Origin: an uncultured Gammaproteobacteria bacterium
GTDB taxonomy: Bacteria > Patescibacteriota > Microgenomatia > Daviesbacterales > UBA10151
NCBI GenBank assembly: GCA_964406775.1
Contig: CAYOSW010000001.1
Coordinates: 10,474 to 74,473, forward strand
Direction of reading: 5' to 3'
DNA length: 64,000 nt
Below, in pieces: positions 39,051-49,023 of this stretch. Made by a program: the position numbers and the translations under genes. Positions within the stretch are counted from its first letter, which is position 1; each line of letters starts with the position of its first letter. A model generated the notes under the pieces. That model was given only the letters and a program-made list of their open reading frames with translations. It made no database searches and was not told where the DNA came from.

Positions 39051-40901
39051 ATGAAAAAGTTTTTATTTTCTCTCCTTTTACTTATCCTTTTGATTGTACC
39101 TTCAGATATTTTTGCGGCTAATGAATTTTCTTCTGGTTATAAAGTTAACTATTCCGTAAACCCGGATGGTGTGACTGAAGTAACCGAGGAGATTTTACTG
39201 AAAAATCTGACCGAAAAATTTTTTCCTTCGAGTTTTAGTGTAATTTTGCCTGGGAACAGCGTAACTGATGTTAAGGCTTCCGATTCTCAGGGCGCATTAG
39301 AAGTCGTTTCCGCAACTGAAGGCCCGAACACCAAGCTTACGGTTAAATTTTCAAACCAGCAGATAATCGGTTTAAACAAAGAGTACTCGTTTAAACTAAT
39401 TTTTAAAGACAGTAGTATCGCAAAAAATCTGGGGAAAACCTGGATGATCAGTATTCCGAAGCTGACACAGGGATCTGAAGTTACGGACTCAACGTTTAGT
39501 TTATCGGTTCCGACCTCTTTTGGTGATCCGGACTATATTGCGCCGTTACCTGTAAAAACAGCTGAGGCCGGCGGACGGATCATTTTTACCTACAACGAAA
39601 AGGAATTTTTTGCCTCCGGCATAACAGCAGTGTTTGGTCGGGAGCTTAACTTTTCTTACAAAACAGGCTACGTTCTGAAAAACAACTCAATTTTTCCTAA
39701 ATATCTGAAAATAGTTCTGCCTTCGGATTCGCACCTGCAAAAATCTTTTCTTGAATCAATTGATCCCAAACCTGAAAATACCGAAACAGATAAACTAGGT
39801 AACACCCTCGCAGTTTTTAAACTTAACCCTGCGCAAGTTCTGAATGTCACATCTGCAGGCCAAGTTAAAACTTTACTCTCGGCCCAAAAAAAGGATTTAT
39901 TGAATAATGAAGAAAAAATTTATTACACGGATTCATCAAGATATTGGGATGTGACAAGTCCGGTGATTAAAAATAAACTATCCGAGATTTTGGCGGCTAA
40001 TAACCCCACAACCGATTTTGAAAAAGCCCGGGAAATTGATAAATTCGTCAGTAATTTTCTGAGATTTAATTCGGATAGATTAAACCGCGGGTTTGACCGG
40101 TTTGGTTCGGTCACTGCCTTAAATAACCCCGAACAATCTCTGGCTGCAGAATTTGTTGATCTGGAGATTGCTTTACTCAGGAGTGCCGGTATTCCTGCCC
40201 GCCAGGTTATCGGTTTTTCTTTAAACTCAAGCGGTAAGCCGTTCTCTTTTGTAAATCAAAAACTTCATACCTGGGTAGAGTTTTACGATAACGAAAAAGG
40301 CTGGGTTATATCTGATCCCGCCTGGGAAAATACAACTAAAGGTATAAATCTCTTTGCCTTTAATGATCTGACTCATATCAGACTCGCAGTTTCTGAAGGC
40401 CGTGATGAGTTTGTTTTACCTACCGAAGCCGAAGCGGGGATATTTGACGGTAATCCTTCGCAAAGGCAAGGAGCTCAACTGAGTGTTGAGGTTGCGCCGG
40501 AAATTCTTTCCGGTTTTCCTGCCAAAGCAAAAATCAGAATCAGTAATTTGGGCAATACCTCTTTCCCCGCAAGCGAACTGCAGATAGATACGTCTAAGAT
40601 TTTATTGGTGACAGGTGACGGAGAGGCGGGTTCTGCAAAAGTTATTAAAACGCAGGTTTTGCCTCCATTCGGTAATCTCGAATATGATCTTAACTTAAAG
40701 ACCGGGGCAATCTGGCATTCGTATCAAGATGTTTTACAAGTTACTTTTGCCGGCTTTACAGACACTCACGTTATTGCGGTAGTTCCGGTACTTTCATACC
40801 GGATTTTTGCAATTGAAATAGTCGGCGGTATTATTATGATAGCCCTTTTTTATATAGCTGTTTTTCTAATCCATCATAAATCTGCAAGAAATTCACGGTA
40901 G
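39051..40901 (+). CDS. Secreted transglutaminase-like domain protein with C-terminal TM anchor; catalytic Cys apparently replaced
   Basis: 'AEFVDLEIALLRSAGIPARQVIGF...HTWVEFY...DPAWEN' fits the transglutaminase-like core, but has Ala/Glu where the Cys of 'GxCxxFA' is expected. Confidence 0.55.
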   Translation: MKKFLFSLLLLILLIVPSDIFAANEFSSGYKVNYSVNPDGVTEVTEEILLKNLTEKFFPSSFSVILPGNSVTDVKASDSQGALEVVSATEGPNTKLTVKFSNQQIIGLNKEYSFKLIFKDSSIAKNLGKTWMISIPKLTQGSEVTDSTFSLSVPTSFGDPDYIAPLPVKTAEAGGRIIFTYNEKEFFASGITAVFGRELNFSYKTGYVLKNNSIFPKYLKIVLPSDSHLQKSFLESIDPKPENTETDKLGNTLAVFKLNPAQVLNVTSAGQVKTLLSAQKKDLLNNEEKIYYTDSSRYWDVTSPVIKNKLSEILAANNPTTDFEKAREIDKFVSNFLRFNSDRLNRGFDRFGSVTALNNPEQSLAAEFVDLEIALLRSAGIPARQVIGFSLNSSGKPFSFVNQKLHTWVEFYDNEKGWVISDPAWENTTKGINLFAFNDLTHIRLAVSEGRDEFVLPTEAEAGIFDGNPSQRQGAQLSVEVAPEILSGFPAKAKIRISNLGNTSFPASELQIDTSKILLVTGDGEAGSAKVIKTQVLPPFGNLEYDLNLKTGAIWHSYQDVLQVTFAGFTDTHVIAVVPVLSYRIFAIEIVGGIIMIALFYIAVFLIHHKSARNSR

Positions 40902-40916
40902 TTGTAAAATACGCTG

Positions 40917-42206
40917 ATGTTGCCTTCGTTTGTTAATAAAGAGCTGGTCCCGCATAAACCCGGGATCTATATCTATAAAAATAGTTCCGGCAAAGTAATA
41001 TATGTCGGGAAGGCGGTTGATTTATTTAGCCGGGTTTCGTCGTACTTTAATAACACCTGGAAAGATGTAAAAACCGCAAAATTGGTTGAAAATATTGCTT
41101 CCGCGGAAACAATTATTGTCGAATCGGAAATAGAGGCGTTAATACTTGAGGCAAATCTAATTAAAAAGTATATGCCTGTTTTTAATATCAGGCTTACTGA
41201 TGATAAGGATTACCTATATATAGTAGTGACGGATGAGGATTTCCCCAAAATACTCACGGCCCGGAAGAAAGATATATTAAAGGTTAAAAAATGGTTCGGC
41301 CCGTATCCTTCGGCCACTACAGTTAAAACCACATTAAAAAAGTTAAGGAGAGTTTTTCCCTGGTGTTCCGGAAAGAATCAGGAAGCGGGAATTGTGAATC
41401 AAGCAAAAAGAAAAGCGTGCTTTTATTACCATTTGGGATTGTGTCCGGGAGCTTGTGTCGGGACTATTTCCAAAGAGGACTACGGCAAAATCATCAAAAG
41501 ATTTTCTAAATTTTTAGATGGTAAAAAACAGGAGTTGCTGGAAGAGTTGAATTCCGAAATGGAAAAGGATTCCAAAAATCTGAAATTTGAAGAAGCAGCA
41601 AGCGTTAAAAAAATTATAGAGGGAATAAATTACGTTACGGCTCCGACAAAAATTACCAACTACCTCCTTAATCCGAATTTTTTGGAAGATTTAACTAAAA
41701 ATTCCCTGAGAGAACTTCAGAGTGTTTTAAATTTAAACGAACTACCGGTCAGGATCGAAGGTTACGATATTTCAAACTTCCAGGGCAGCGATGCGACGGG
41801 ATCAATGGTTGTTTTGACTAACGGTGAAATTGATAAATCTCAATACAGAAAATTCAAAATACAAATTACGGGCAAACCCAATGATTTTGCAATGCACGCT
41901 GAAATGATGGGCCGCAGATTAAAACATCAGGAATGGCCTTATCCGCAAGTTTTTATTATTGATGGAGGCAGAGGCCAGGTCAGTTCGGTTGTAAAAATTA
42001 TGCAGGAGATGGGAGTTGATATACCGGTGTTTGGACTCGCAAAAAGAGAAGAATGGCTGTATCCGCCCGAGGGGGATATTATAAAATTGCCTAAAAAATC
42101 ACTGAGCTTGCGTCTCTTGCAAAAACTCCGCGACGAATCTCATAGATTTGCGGTAAGCTATCATAAGAAATTGCGGGCGAAGGCTTTTTTGCCGGATAAA
42201 AAATGA
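40917..42206 (+). CDS. uvrC: Excinuclease ABC subunit C, short form (GIY-YIG, UVR and RNase-H-like endonuclease domains; no C-terminal HhH)
   Basis: 'GIYIYKNSSGKVIYVGKAVDLFSRVSSYF' GIY-YIG. UVR motif 'FEEAASVKKII'. 'RIEGYDISNFQG...FIIDGGRGQ'. 429 aa against ~600 typical. Confidence 0.7.
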   Translation: MLPSFVNKELVPHKPGIYIYKNSSGKVIYVGKAVDLFSRVSSYFNNTWKDVKTAKLVENIASAETIIVESEIEALILEANLIKKYMPVFNIRLTDDKDYLYIVVTDEDFPKILTARKKDILKVKKWFGPYPSATTVKTTLKKLRRVFPWCSGKNQEAGIVNQAKRKACFYYHLGLCPGACVGTISKEDYGKIIKRFSKFLDGKKQELLEELNSEMEKDSKNLKFEEAASVKKIIEGINYVTAPTKITNYLLNPNFLEDLTKNSLRELQSVLNLNELPVRIEGYDISNFQGSDATGSMVVLTNGEIDKSQYRKFKIQITGKPNDFAMHAEMMGRRLKHQEWPYPQVFIIDGGRGQVSSVVKIMQEMGVDIPVFGLAKREEWLYPPEGDIIKLPKKSLSLRLLQKLRDESHRFAVSYHKKLRAKAFLPDKK

Positions 42207-42859
42207 ACAAAGAAAAATTAAATCAATTTACACTGGACATTGAATTTTTGTTAATCTCCGCAGTTCAAGGTGTGGCTTTGGGTGCTCTGGGAACGGCTGC
42301 GGCAGGACCTTTAACTGATCTAAATTACCAATATTGGCCTTATATTATCTCGGGATTTCTGCTTATCTTAACTTTTTGGTCGCAGGCGATCGTTCACTCA
42401 CTGTCTTTTATTAAATGGCCTTTGGATTTGGCGCATAATTTTCTTTACTTTCTTCTGGGGCTGGTTGAGTTTCTGGCATTTACCCAGCTTGAGGATCCCT
42501 TAAGGTGGTTTATTTTTCAGCTGGTGTTTGTCGTTGTCGGAGCGGGGTTGTATCTTGTGGATCTAAAGCTAATTAAAAGCGGGCGGGGGAATTTTGATGA
42601 CACAAAGGAGCAAAAAGCCCTGTATAAACATATCCTGGATGAGCAGGTCAAAGAAATAAAAACTCTTATTCCCTCGGGTCTGTTATTTAATCTGCTGGCT
42701 GTCTACTTTATCTGGAAATATCCCGGAATTTTTATAGATCAGGGGTACCATATTTTTATAGTCGGAATTCAGGTATTACTAACTATGTATATTGTTTCGG
42801 TTTCCATAAAAAGCTTCAGAAAAAGATCGGTACTCATCTCTGCCTGCATTAAAAACTAA
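42203..42859 (+). CDS. Hypothetical integral membrane protein (218 aa)
   Basis: Multiple hydrophobic helices. Start overlaps the uvrC stop. Confidence 0.5.
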   Translation: MNKEKLNQFTLDIEFLLISAVQGVALGALGTAAAGPLTDLNYQYWPYIISGFLLILTFWSQAIVHSLSFIKWPLDLAHNFLYFLLGLVEFLAFTQLEDPLRWFIFQLVFVVVGAGLYLVDLKLIKSGRGNFDDTKEQKALYKHILDEQVKEIKTLIPSGLLFNLLAVYFIWKYPGIFIDQGYHIFIVGIQVLLTMYIVSVSIKSFRKRSVLISACIKN

Positions 42860-42876
42860 CTTGCTATAATGAGGTA

Positions 42877-43287
42877 ATGATTAAATCTGTCCTGAGGGAT
42901 TATCTGTTTAATCTCGCTATTCTTTGGGGTGTAACCGAAATTTTCCCGGGGTTAAGTTATACCGGGGGATTTAAAACTCTGGCAATAGGAGCCCTGGGAC
43001 TGATGGCTATGAATCTGGTAATAATTCCGCTTTTAAGAGTGGTTTTTTTGCCTTTAAATATTTTAACTCTGGGCATATTTACCTGGGTAATAAATGTTAT
43101 TGCACTTTACCTGCTTACAACGATAATTCCTCAATTTAAACTTCTGCCTTATAATTTTCCCGGAGGTTCTTTTTTAGGGATTGATCTGCCTCCTCAAAAT
43201 TTCACCCTTCTGTGGGTAGCAATCATAGCCTCGTTTATGATAGGATTTGCAAGCAGATTTGTGCACTGGCTCACATCTCATAAATAG
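42877..43287 (+). CDS. 4-TM membrane protein of the phage-holin-4/DUF360 superfamily
   Basis: 'LAILWGVTEIFPGLSYTGGFKTLAIGALGLMAMNLVIIPLLRVVFLPLNILTLGIFTWVINVIALYLL' matches the PF04020-type pattern. Confidence 0.55.
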   Translation: MIKSVLRDYLFNLAILWGVTEIFPGLSYTGGFKTLAIGALGLMAMNLVIIPLLRVVFLPLNILTLGIFTWVINVIALYLLTTIIPQFKLLPYNFPGGSFLGIDLPPQNFTLLWVAIIASFMIGFASRFVHWLTSHK

Positions 43288-43289
43288 TT

Positions 43290-43508
43290 ATGTATAACGC
43301 TTTTTTAATTTTGGAAATAATACTCGGAGTAATATTAGTTGTATTAATTGTTCTTCAGTCAAAAGGGACAGGGCTCGGATCCACTTTCGGCGGGGATATG
43401 GGTTTTTACGGTACTAAAAGAGGCGCGGAAAAAATCCTTTTTATCCTTACCATAGTGATTGCCGGCTTATTTTTAACATCTTCTCTCGCGGGAGTAATCC
43501 TGCAGTAA
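43290..43508 (+). CDS. secG: Preprotein translocase subunit SecG
   Basis: 72 aa. 'ILGVILVVLIVLQSKGTGLGSTFGG' resembles the SecG 'LIMLQQGKGADMGASFG' motif. Confidence 0.6.
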   Translation: MYNAFLILEIILGVILVVLIVLQSKGTGLGSTFGGDMGFYGTKRGAEKILFILTIVIAGLFLTSSLAGVILQ

Positions 43509-43515
43509 ATTTTTT

Positions 43516-44898
43516 ATGACTTTTTGGGTTGATTTTATCCTGACCTTTTTGAAGCGCAAGAAGTGGCTGATACTCTTTTTTTTAGCAGCTGCAGCTGTTT
43601 TGGCGGGAATTTTTTACTTTACTGTTGCCGTAAATAAACAGGGCAGATTAAAGGAAGGATTGGTCGGTACCCACGAAGAGAGAGATTTGCCTGTAACAAT
43701 TCTGAACTTAATATCCAAGCCTTTAATCAGGGTCGATAAAACCGGGAGTCCTTCGGCAGAACTGGCTGAAAATTGGGAGGTAAATAAAGAAGCAACAATT
43801 TACAGAGTAAAAATCAAACCTGGTCTTTTTTGGAACGACGGAAAACCGCTCAAAGCTTCGGAGATATATCTGGCCATACCTGATGTAGAAATCAACGCGC
43901 CGGACGATCAAACTTTGGAGTTTAAACTGGCCGAAACTTTCAGTCCTTTTACTACACTTTTGACCAAACCAATTTTAAGAAAAGCCCCGACGCCTTACGG
44001 CTTTGAATTGGTTGGAGTTGGGCCTTATGCAGTTAATGCAGTAAAAAAAGATGGTCCGTTTGTAAAAAAACTGGAGCTCGGATCCGGCGATAAAACTTTC
44101 CCTGAAATTACCGTAACTTTTTATCCTAACGAAAAAATTGCTAAATCGGCATTGAAGTTAGGAGAGGTTCAGGCACTCTTAGGGACCACCGAAAGCGGGG
44201 ATTTAAACTTTAATAATCTAGACCGGAAGGAATTTACAAACTACACTCAGCTGGTAACAATATTTTTAAACACCGAAGATCCGATATTATCTGACGAAAA
44301 TCTGCGGATAGCTTTAGCCTTTGGAGCGCCTGAAATTCCAGGATTTGAAATAGCCCGGACTCCGGTGTCTCCTTTCTCTTGGGCGTTTAACGAAAATGTC
44401 AGGGATTATCTATCCAATCCCGAAAAAGCGAAAGAATATCTAAAAAAAGTCCAAAAAGGGAAAGAAGAAACAATAACACTTACCTCAACCAGTTCCCTAT
44501 CCGAGATCGGCGAGAAGGTGGTTGAAAGCTGGAATAACTTAGGTCTTAAAACGGTAACCAGATCCGAATCCGGAATACCGCAAAATTTTCAGGCCCTTCT
44601 CATCACCCAAAATATCCCGGCTGATCCTGATCAATATTCTCTCTGGCATTCAACTCAAAAAGGCGTAACTAATATTTCCAGAATCGCTTCACCTAGAATC
44701 GATAAAGATTTGGAGGACGGTAGAAAAATCACAGATCCTGAAGTGCGTAAGCAAAAATATCAGGACTTCCAGAAGATTTTACTCGATCAGGCACCGGCTG
44801 TTTTTTTGTACTTTCCTAAATATGAGGTGGTCTTTATGAAAAAAGCGGAAGATGAATTGAATAAAGTTTTGCCGGTTCAGCTCTCTAATCTAAACTAA
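43516..44898 (+). CDS. Membrane-anchored solute-binding protein family-5-like (oligopeptide SBP-like) protein
   Basis: 'PSAELAENWEVNKEATIYRVKIKPGLFWNDGKPLKASE' resembles the SBP_bac_5 N-lobe. N-terminal TM. Confidence 0.45.
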   Translation: MTFWVDFILTFLKRKKWLILFFLAAAAVLAGIFYFTVAVNKQGRLKEGLVGTHEERDLPVTILNLISKPLIRVDKTGSPSAELAENWEVNKEATIYRVKIKPGLFWNDGKPLKASEIYLAIPDVEINAPDDQTLEFKLAETFSPFTTLLTKPILRKAPTPYGFELVGVGPYAVNAVKKDGPFVKKLELGSGDKTFPEITVTFYPNEKIAKSALKLGEVQALLGTTESGDLNFNNLDRKEFTNYTQLVTIFLNTEDPILSDENLRIALAFGAPEIPGFEIARTPVSPFSWAFNENVRDYLSNPEKAKEYLKKVQKGKEETITLTSTSSLSEIGEKVVESWNNLGLKTVTRSESGIPQNFQALLITQNIPADPDQYSLWHSTQKGVTNISRIASPRIDKDLEDGRKITDPEVRKQKYQDFQKILLDQAPAVFLYFPKYEVVFMKKAEDELNKVLPVQLSNLN

Positions 44899-46024
44899 AT
44901 CCCAAAAGTTCAAAACCTGCTTTCGAGGCTCCGGGATTTTTGATACTTGCATAAATCAGCTTCGTAATTGTTGCGGGAACATTAAAATCGTCCTCCAGAT
45001 CTCCGGTCAGTTCATCCAAACTTGATGAGTCTGATTCTATACCTTTCAAATTTTTCTCTATTTCGTTCATATATCCTTGGGCCTGGATCATCAGTTTTTC
45101 CGTATATTCCCAGGGTTTTCGGTAGTGATTCAATAAAAGCATTAGGCGAATTGCATTTGCCGAATATTTTTTAAGAAGGTCTGAAACTAAAACCAAATTT
45201 CCTAAAGATTTACTCATTTTTTCTCCCTCAAAAGAAACCATCGCGATATGCATCCAGAATTTTACAAATGACGCCTTTCCGGTGTAGCTTTCGGATTGAG
45301 CTAATTCCGATTCGTGATGAGGGTAAATTAAATCAAAGCCACCTCCGTGGATATCTATTTGCTCGCCCAGAGTTTTTTTAATCATTGCCGAACATTCGAT
45401 ATGCCAACCCGGTCTGCCTTTACCCCAGGGCGAGTCCCAGGAGGGTTCGTCTTCCGTCGATTTTTGCCATAGTAAAAAATCCAAAGATGCTTTTTTATTC
45501 GGGTCGCTGGGATTTCCTCCGCGTTCTTTTAGAAGTTCAGTCATTTCGCTTGTTGAGTATTTGGAAAGCTTTCCGTAATCCGGAAATTTGGCGGTTTCAA
45601 AATAGACATTGCCGTTTTTCTCATACCCAAACCCGTTAGTCAGTAATTTACTGATCATAATTATTATTTCAGGGATGGAATCGGTTGCCTTAATATAATG
45701 ATCAGGCATTTCAATATTTAAAGAACGCAAATCATTTAAAAATTTATCTGTCCAGAATTTACCGAGTTCCTGCCAATTTTTACCATCTCTTTTTGCCCTC
45801 TTTAAAATATCATCGTCAATATCCGTAACATTTTGAGTATATATAACCCTGTGATTTTTAAATTCCAGATAACGCTTTAAGGCGTCGAAAGTAATATAAA
45901 CAAATGCGTGGCCTAGGTGGGTTGTATCATAAGGAGTAATACCGCAAACATATATTTTAACTTGCCCCGGCTCCAGTGGTTTGAATTCTTCAGCTTGCCG
46001 GGAGTAGGAATTAAACAGTTTCAT
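44885..46024 (-). CDS. cysS: Cysteine--tRNA ligase (short, ~379 aa from the internal Met; CysS/MshC family)
   Basis: 'MKLFNSYSRQ..EFKP' matches the usual CysS N-terminus. HIGH motif 'TTHLGHAFVY'. KMSKS 'GEKMSKSLGN'. The track ORF extends 13 codons further 5'. Confidence 0.75.
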   Translation of the reverse strand: MKLFNSYSRQAEEFKPLEPGQVKIYVCGITPYDTTHLGHAFVYITFDALKRYLEFKNHRVIYTQNVTDIDDDILKRAKRDGKNWQELGKFWTDKFLNDLRSLNIEMPDHYIKATDSIPEIIIMISKLLTNGFGYEKNGNVYFETAKFPDYGKLSKYSTSEMTELLKERGGNPSDPNKKASLDFLLWQKSTEDEPSWDSPWGKGRPGWHIECSAMIKKTLGEQIDIHGGGFDLIYPHHESELAQSESYTGKASFVKFWMHIAMVSFEGEKMSKSLGNLVLVSDLLKKYSANAIRLMLLLNHYRKPWEYTEKLMIQAQGYMNEIEKNLKGIESDSSSLDELTGDLEDDFNVPATITKLIYASIKNPGASKAGFELLGFSLD

Positions 46025-46038
46025 AGAGGTATCGCAGA

Positions 46039-46770
46039 ATGTATAATACATCCGATACTTCATTTATGAAAGCATTATTCATTTTTGCACATCCTGATGA
46101 TGAGACATTCGGTACCGGTGGTACTATCGCCAAACTTGTAAAAAACGGGGTGACGGTCAATGTTATAACTGCGACCACAGGCCAGGCGGGTCAAACGGGA
46201 GAATACGGGGATATAACGCCCAAGGAGCTCGGGGAAAAACGGAAAATTGAGCAATCTGAAGCCGCGAAAATTCTCGGAATTTCAAAGACTACTTACTTGG
46301 GGCTTATGGACGGAGAGCTTATAAATCATCCTGTGGAAGAACTTGCCGGTATACTCACTCCTCTGATAGAGGATGAGAACCCCGATATCGTCATCACCTT
46401 TGAAAAAAACGGCGCCTCCAACCACCCCGACCACAAACAAATCTCACTCGCCGCAACAGAGGCCTTCAAAAAATGGATGAAGGATGCCGGAAAGCACGTC
46501 AGACTTTATCACGTCGGTGTGCCCGTAAGTTATCTTAAAGCTTACGAAAAAGCCGGGCTTACGATGACCGCATTCGGAACGCCCCAGGGGACGCCGGATG
46601 AGGATTTTACAACGGTTATCGATACCTCGGACGTTTTTGAAATAAAGGATAAGGCGGCAAAATGCCACATTTCGCAAAAGAAAGATTGGGACAGATTCGG
46701 AAGCAGAATGGGTATTGTTGATTTGAAAAAAGAATTTTTTGAACTGATCGCAGAGAATGGTCTAGGTTAA
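46039..46770 (+). CDS. PIG-L/LmbE-family N-acetylglucosaminyl deacetylase
   Basis: 'MKALFIFAHPDDETFGTGGTIAKL' is the PIG-L signature. The likely start is the Met at 46066. Confidence 0.75.
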   Translation: MYNTSDTSFMKALFIFAHPDDETFGTGGTIAKLVKNGVTVNVITATTGQAGQTGEYGDITPKELGEKRKIEQSEAAKILGISKTTYLGLMDGELINHPVEELAGILTPLIEDENPDIVITFEKNGASNHPDHKQISLAATEAFKKWMKDAGKHVRLYHVGVPVSYLKAYEKAGLTMTAFGTPQGTPDEDFTTVIDTSDVFEIKDKAAKCHISQKKDWDRFGSRMGIVDLKKEFFELIAENGLG

Positions 46771-47496
46771 ATATGCTTTTTCTACAGGCACCAAGGCATT
46801 ATTTTGCAAAAAACCTATGTGTTTTGTCATCCAGCGCATCATTAAATGACCGAACACCGGTTTAATGAATGTTTGTGCCGTTTTAAAATCCGAAAGATGT
46901 GTATAATTCGTTCCTTCTATGAGAGCTAAGTTAGCGGCTGCGTCTTCAAGCATTTCAGATAGTCTAAGATTTTTGCGCGGTTTCGTGAGAGTCCTGGCTG
47001 CTCGTAGCCCTAAAAGATCCGCTCGGTATTCGTTTTCATCCTGTGTACCAAATACAAAATCAGTCATATAATCTCCTCCTATTGAATACCAAAAGCTTGA
47101 CCATAATTCTGGTGGATATTGCTGCTGGATATTACCGGTCCTTATCCCCGGGTCAATACCGAAAGAATTAATTGCTGCTCTTAAGAGCTTAGATCTGTTG
47201 TTATACGCGGCAATTGGGGCCACGAAATGGATAAGATAACAATTATTGCTTCCTCGAGTACTTGTTGTATCTTTGTCGGGTAATATCAATCTTTGATCCC
47301 TTAGTGAGTCTTTAAGACCCTCAGGGAATGGTTTATTAGCGAACATTCCATCCCATACTGCATTTACGTATTGGTTGCGGATTATTGCGCAGGCTGTAAC
47401 TGAAGGTTCGGTAAATCCGGATCCTTCAACAGCTTTAATTTTTTCGGCTATTCCCAGTAAGTGCTGCTTTAGCATCTCACCTTCAAGCATAGACAT
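46762..47496 (-). CDS. Hypothetical protein (244 aa)
   Basis: ORF only. Confidence 0.4.
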   Translation of the reverse strand: MSMLEGEMLKQHLLGIAEKIKAVEGSGFTEPSVTACAIIRNQYVNAVWDGMFANKPFPEGLKDSLRDQRLILPDKDTTSTRGSNNCYLIHFVAPIAAYNNRSKLLRAAINSFGIDPGIRTGNIQQQYPPELWSSFWYSIGGDYMTDFVFGTQDENEYRADLLGLRAARTLTKPRKNLRLSEMLEDAAANLALIEGTNYTHLSDFKTAQTFIKPVFGHLMMRWMTKHIGFLQNNALVPVEKAYLT

Positions 47497-47532
47497 AGAA
47501 GTATTTTACTATAAGTTAGAAAAAATTTAAAA

Positions 47533-48981
47533 TCAAGGGCATTTAATAGTAAACGGCCCAGAGAACGGTGAAAGTTGGGCCGGTGTTGGGTTTGTCACGG
47601 AAGCTACAGCATACTGGGCATAATAAATAACACTGTCATTTATAGTCGCGTTAACCTGCTGGCTATTGTTTGAGGTCGATTGAGCTGCCTGTGAAGCATT
47701 TACCAGATCATTTCCGCCGCTGGTTGATCCCAACTGGAGAACGTAATATTGTGCCCCGGTAACATTAGTAAAATTTACTGTCATATTCCAGGTGTTATTG
47801 CTGTTATGGGTACTGCAGGTCGGGAAAACCGGACCCGCAGGTGCGCCGAGAGAAAAACCGGTATTCAGAGTAAAAAGCTGATTTTGAGCGGGTGCGGCTA
47901 CAGTGTATGTCTGTGAGTCTGCGTAGTCCGTATTCTGGTTATTTTGCTGTCCTTTTAAGACTGCCAGCATATTGTAAGTAGTACCTGCTGATGCACCATT
48001 CCAGGTCCAGGTTGAGCCGTTTGCTGGGGTTATTCCATTTACAACGACCTGGTAGTTATTTGTTGTTCCCTGAGGCGCTGCAAGTATAACGATGGATGAT
48101 CCGTTAGGGGCCGAGCCGTTAAAATTAATGGTACCGGAAATAGCAGATGACCCGATGGGGAGTATAGAAGAGGAAGGTGCACTTGAAGCGGGTGAGCCGG
48201 TATTATTCGCAGAAAAGCTCTGCTTATTCTGCAGAACGGTTATTGCTCCGACAGGAGGCGTTGCTGAAGAGTTGATTGTCAGTTCCGCATTGTCGGAAGG
48301 AGCGGAAATCGCAATGTTATTTGAGGTTCCGATCAAACTTCCTTTGCCGTCGTAAAGTTTTCCGATTACTTCGTATTTTTCTCCCGAGACGGCATTTGCA
48401 TAAGTCATAGTCCTTTTAACTGTCGCACTTAGATCTTTAACCACAACGGAATAATCTTCCGAACTTCCGTAAACCCTGCCCAAAATATCAAACGTTGCTC
48501 CCTGGGGGATATATCCGTTGATATAAACAACACCGGAGATAGAAGCGGGCTGAGGCTGAGGCGCCGGAGGTGTTTCGATATTTAAAGTCAGTATTTCCTC
48601 TCCTGCGGGTGCGGTTACAACCAAAGGATCGGACGTGGTTGATCTGGAACCGTTTAAGTCAAGATAAGCCTGAAGTTCGTAAGAATTGCCAGATACAGAG
48701 CCTGTGTATTCCCAGGCTGTTTCATCAGCTGCCGGTAATCCTGAAACGAAAATTTTATAGGCGCCTGTAGAGCCGTGGTCCTTAACACCGATACTGATTG
48801 ATGAGCCTTGTGGAATTGGACCGTTAATTTTGATGACTCCAGAAATTGAGGCCTGCTTTTGGGAAGAATTAAAGAATGGCACATTCGGTTTGATGAATTT
48901 AGATGTAATTAAACCAACATCAAAAAAAACGAGGGCAAAGATTAGAACAACAATACCTACGGCGATGCCTTTGAGCAGCAT
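47533..48981 (-). CDS. Secreted repeat protein with three ~65-aa Ig/CarboxypepD_reg-like repeats and a Cys-bracketed FN3-like C-terminal domain ending in 'IKCP'
   Basis: Internal repeats 'ISGV(I/V)xINGxIPQGSS...'. C-terminal domain paralogous to 49024-49929. N-terminal TM. Confidence 0.55.
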   Translation of the reverse strand: MLLKGIAVGIVVLIFALVFFDVGLITSKFIKPNVPFFNSSQKQASISGVIKINGPIPQGSSISIGVKDHGSTGAYKIFVSGLPAADETAWEYTGSVSGNSYELQAYLDLNGSRSTTSDPLVVTAPAGEEILTLNIETPPAPQPQPASISGVVYINGYIPQGATFDILGRVYGSSEDYSVVVKDLSATVKRTMTYANAVSGEKYEVIGKLYDGKGSLIGTSNNIAISAPSDNAELTINSSATPPVGAITVLQNKQSFSANNTGSPASSAPSSSILPIGSSAISGTINFNGSAPNGSSIVILAAPQGTTNNYQVVVNGITPANGSTWTWNGASAGTTYNMLAVLKGQQNNQNTDYADSQTYTVAAPAQNQLFTLNTGFSLGAPAGPVFPTCSTHNSNNTWNMTVNFTNVTGAQYYVLQLGSTSGGNDLVNASQAAQSTSNNSQQVNATINDSVIYYAQYAVASVTNPTPAQLSPFSGPFTIKCP

Positions 48982-49023
48982 AAAATAATTGTCGTGTATC
49001 CGGGAAAATTGCGCAAGTATCCG

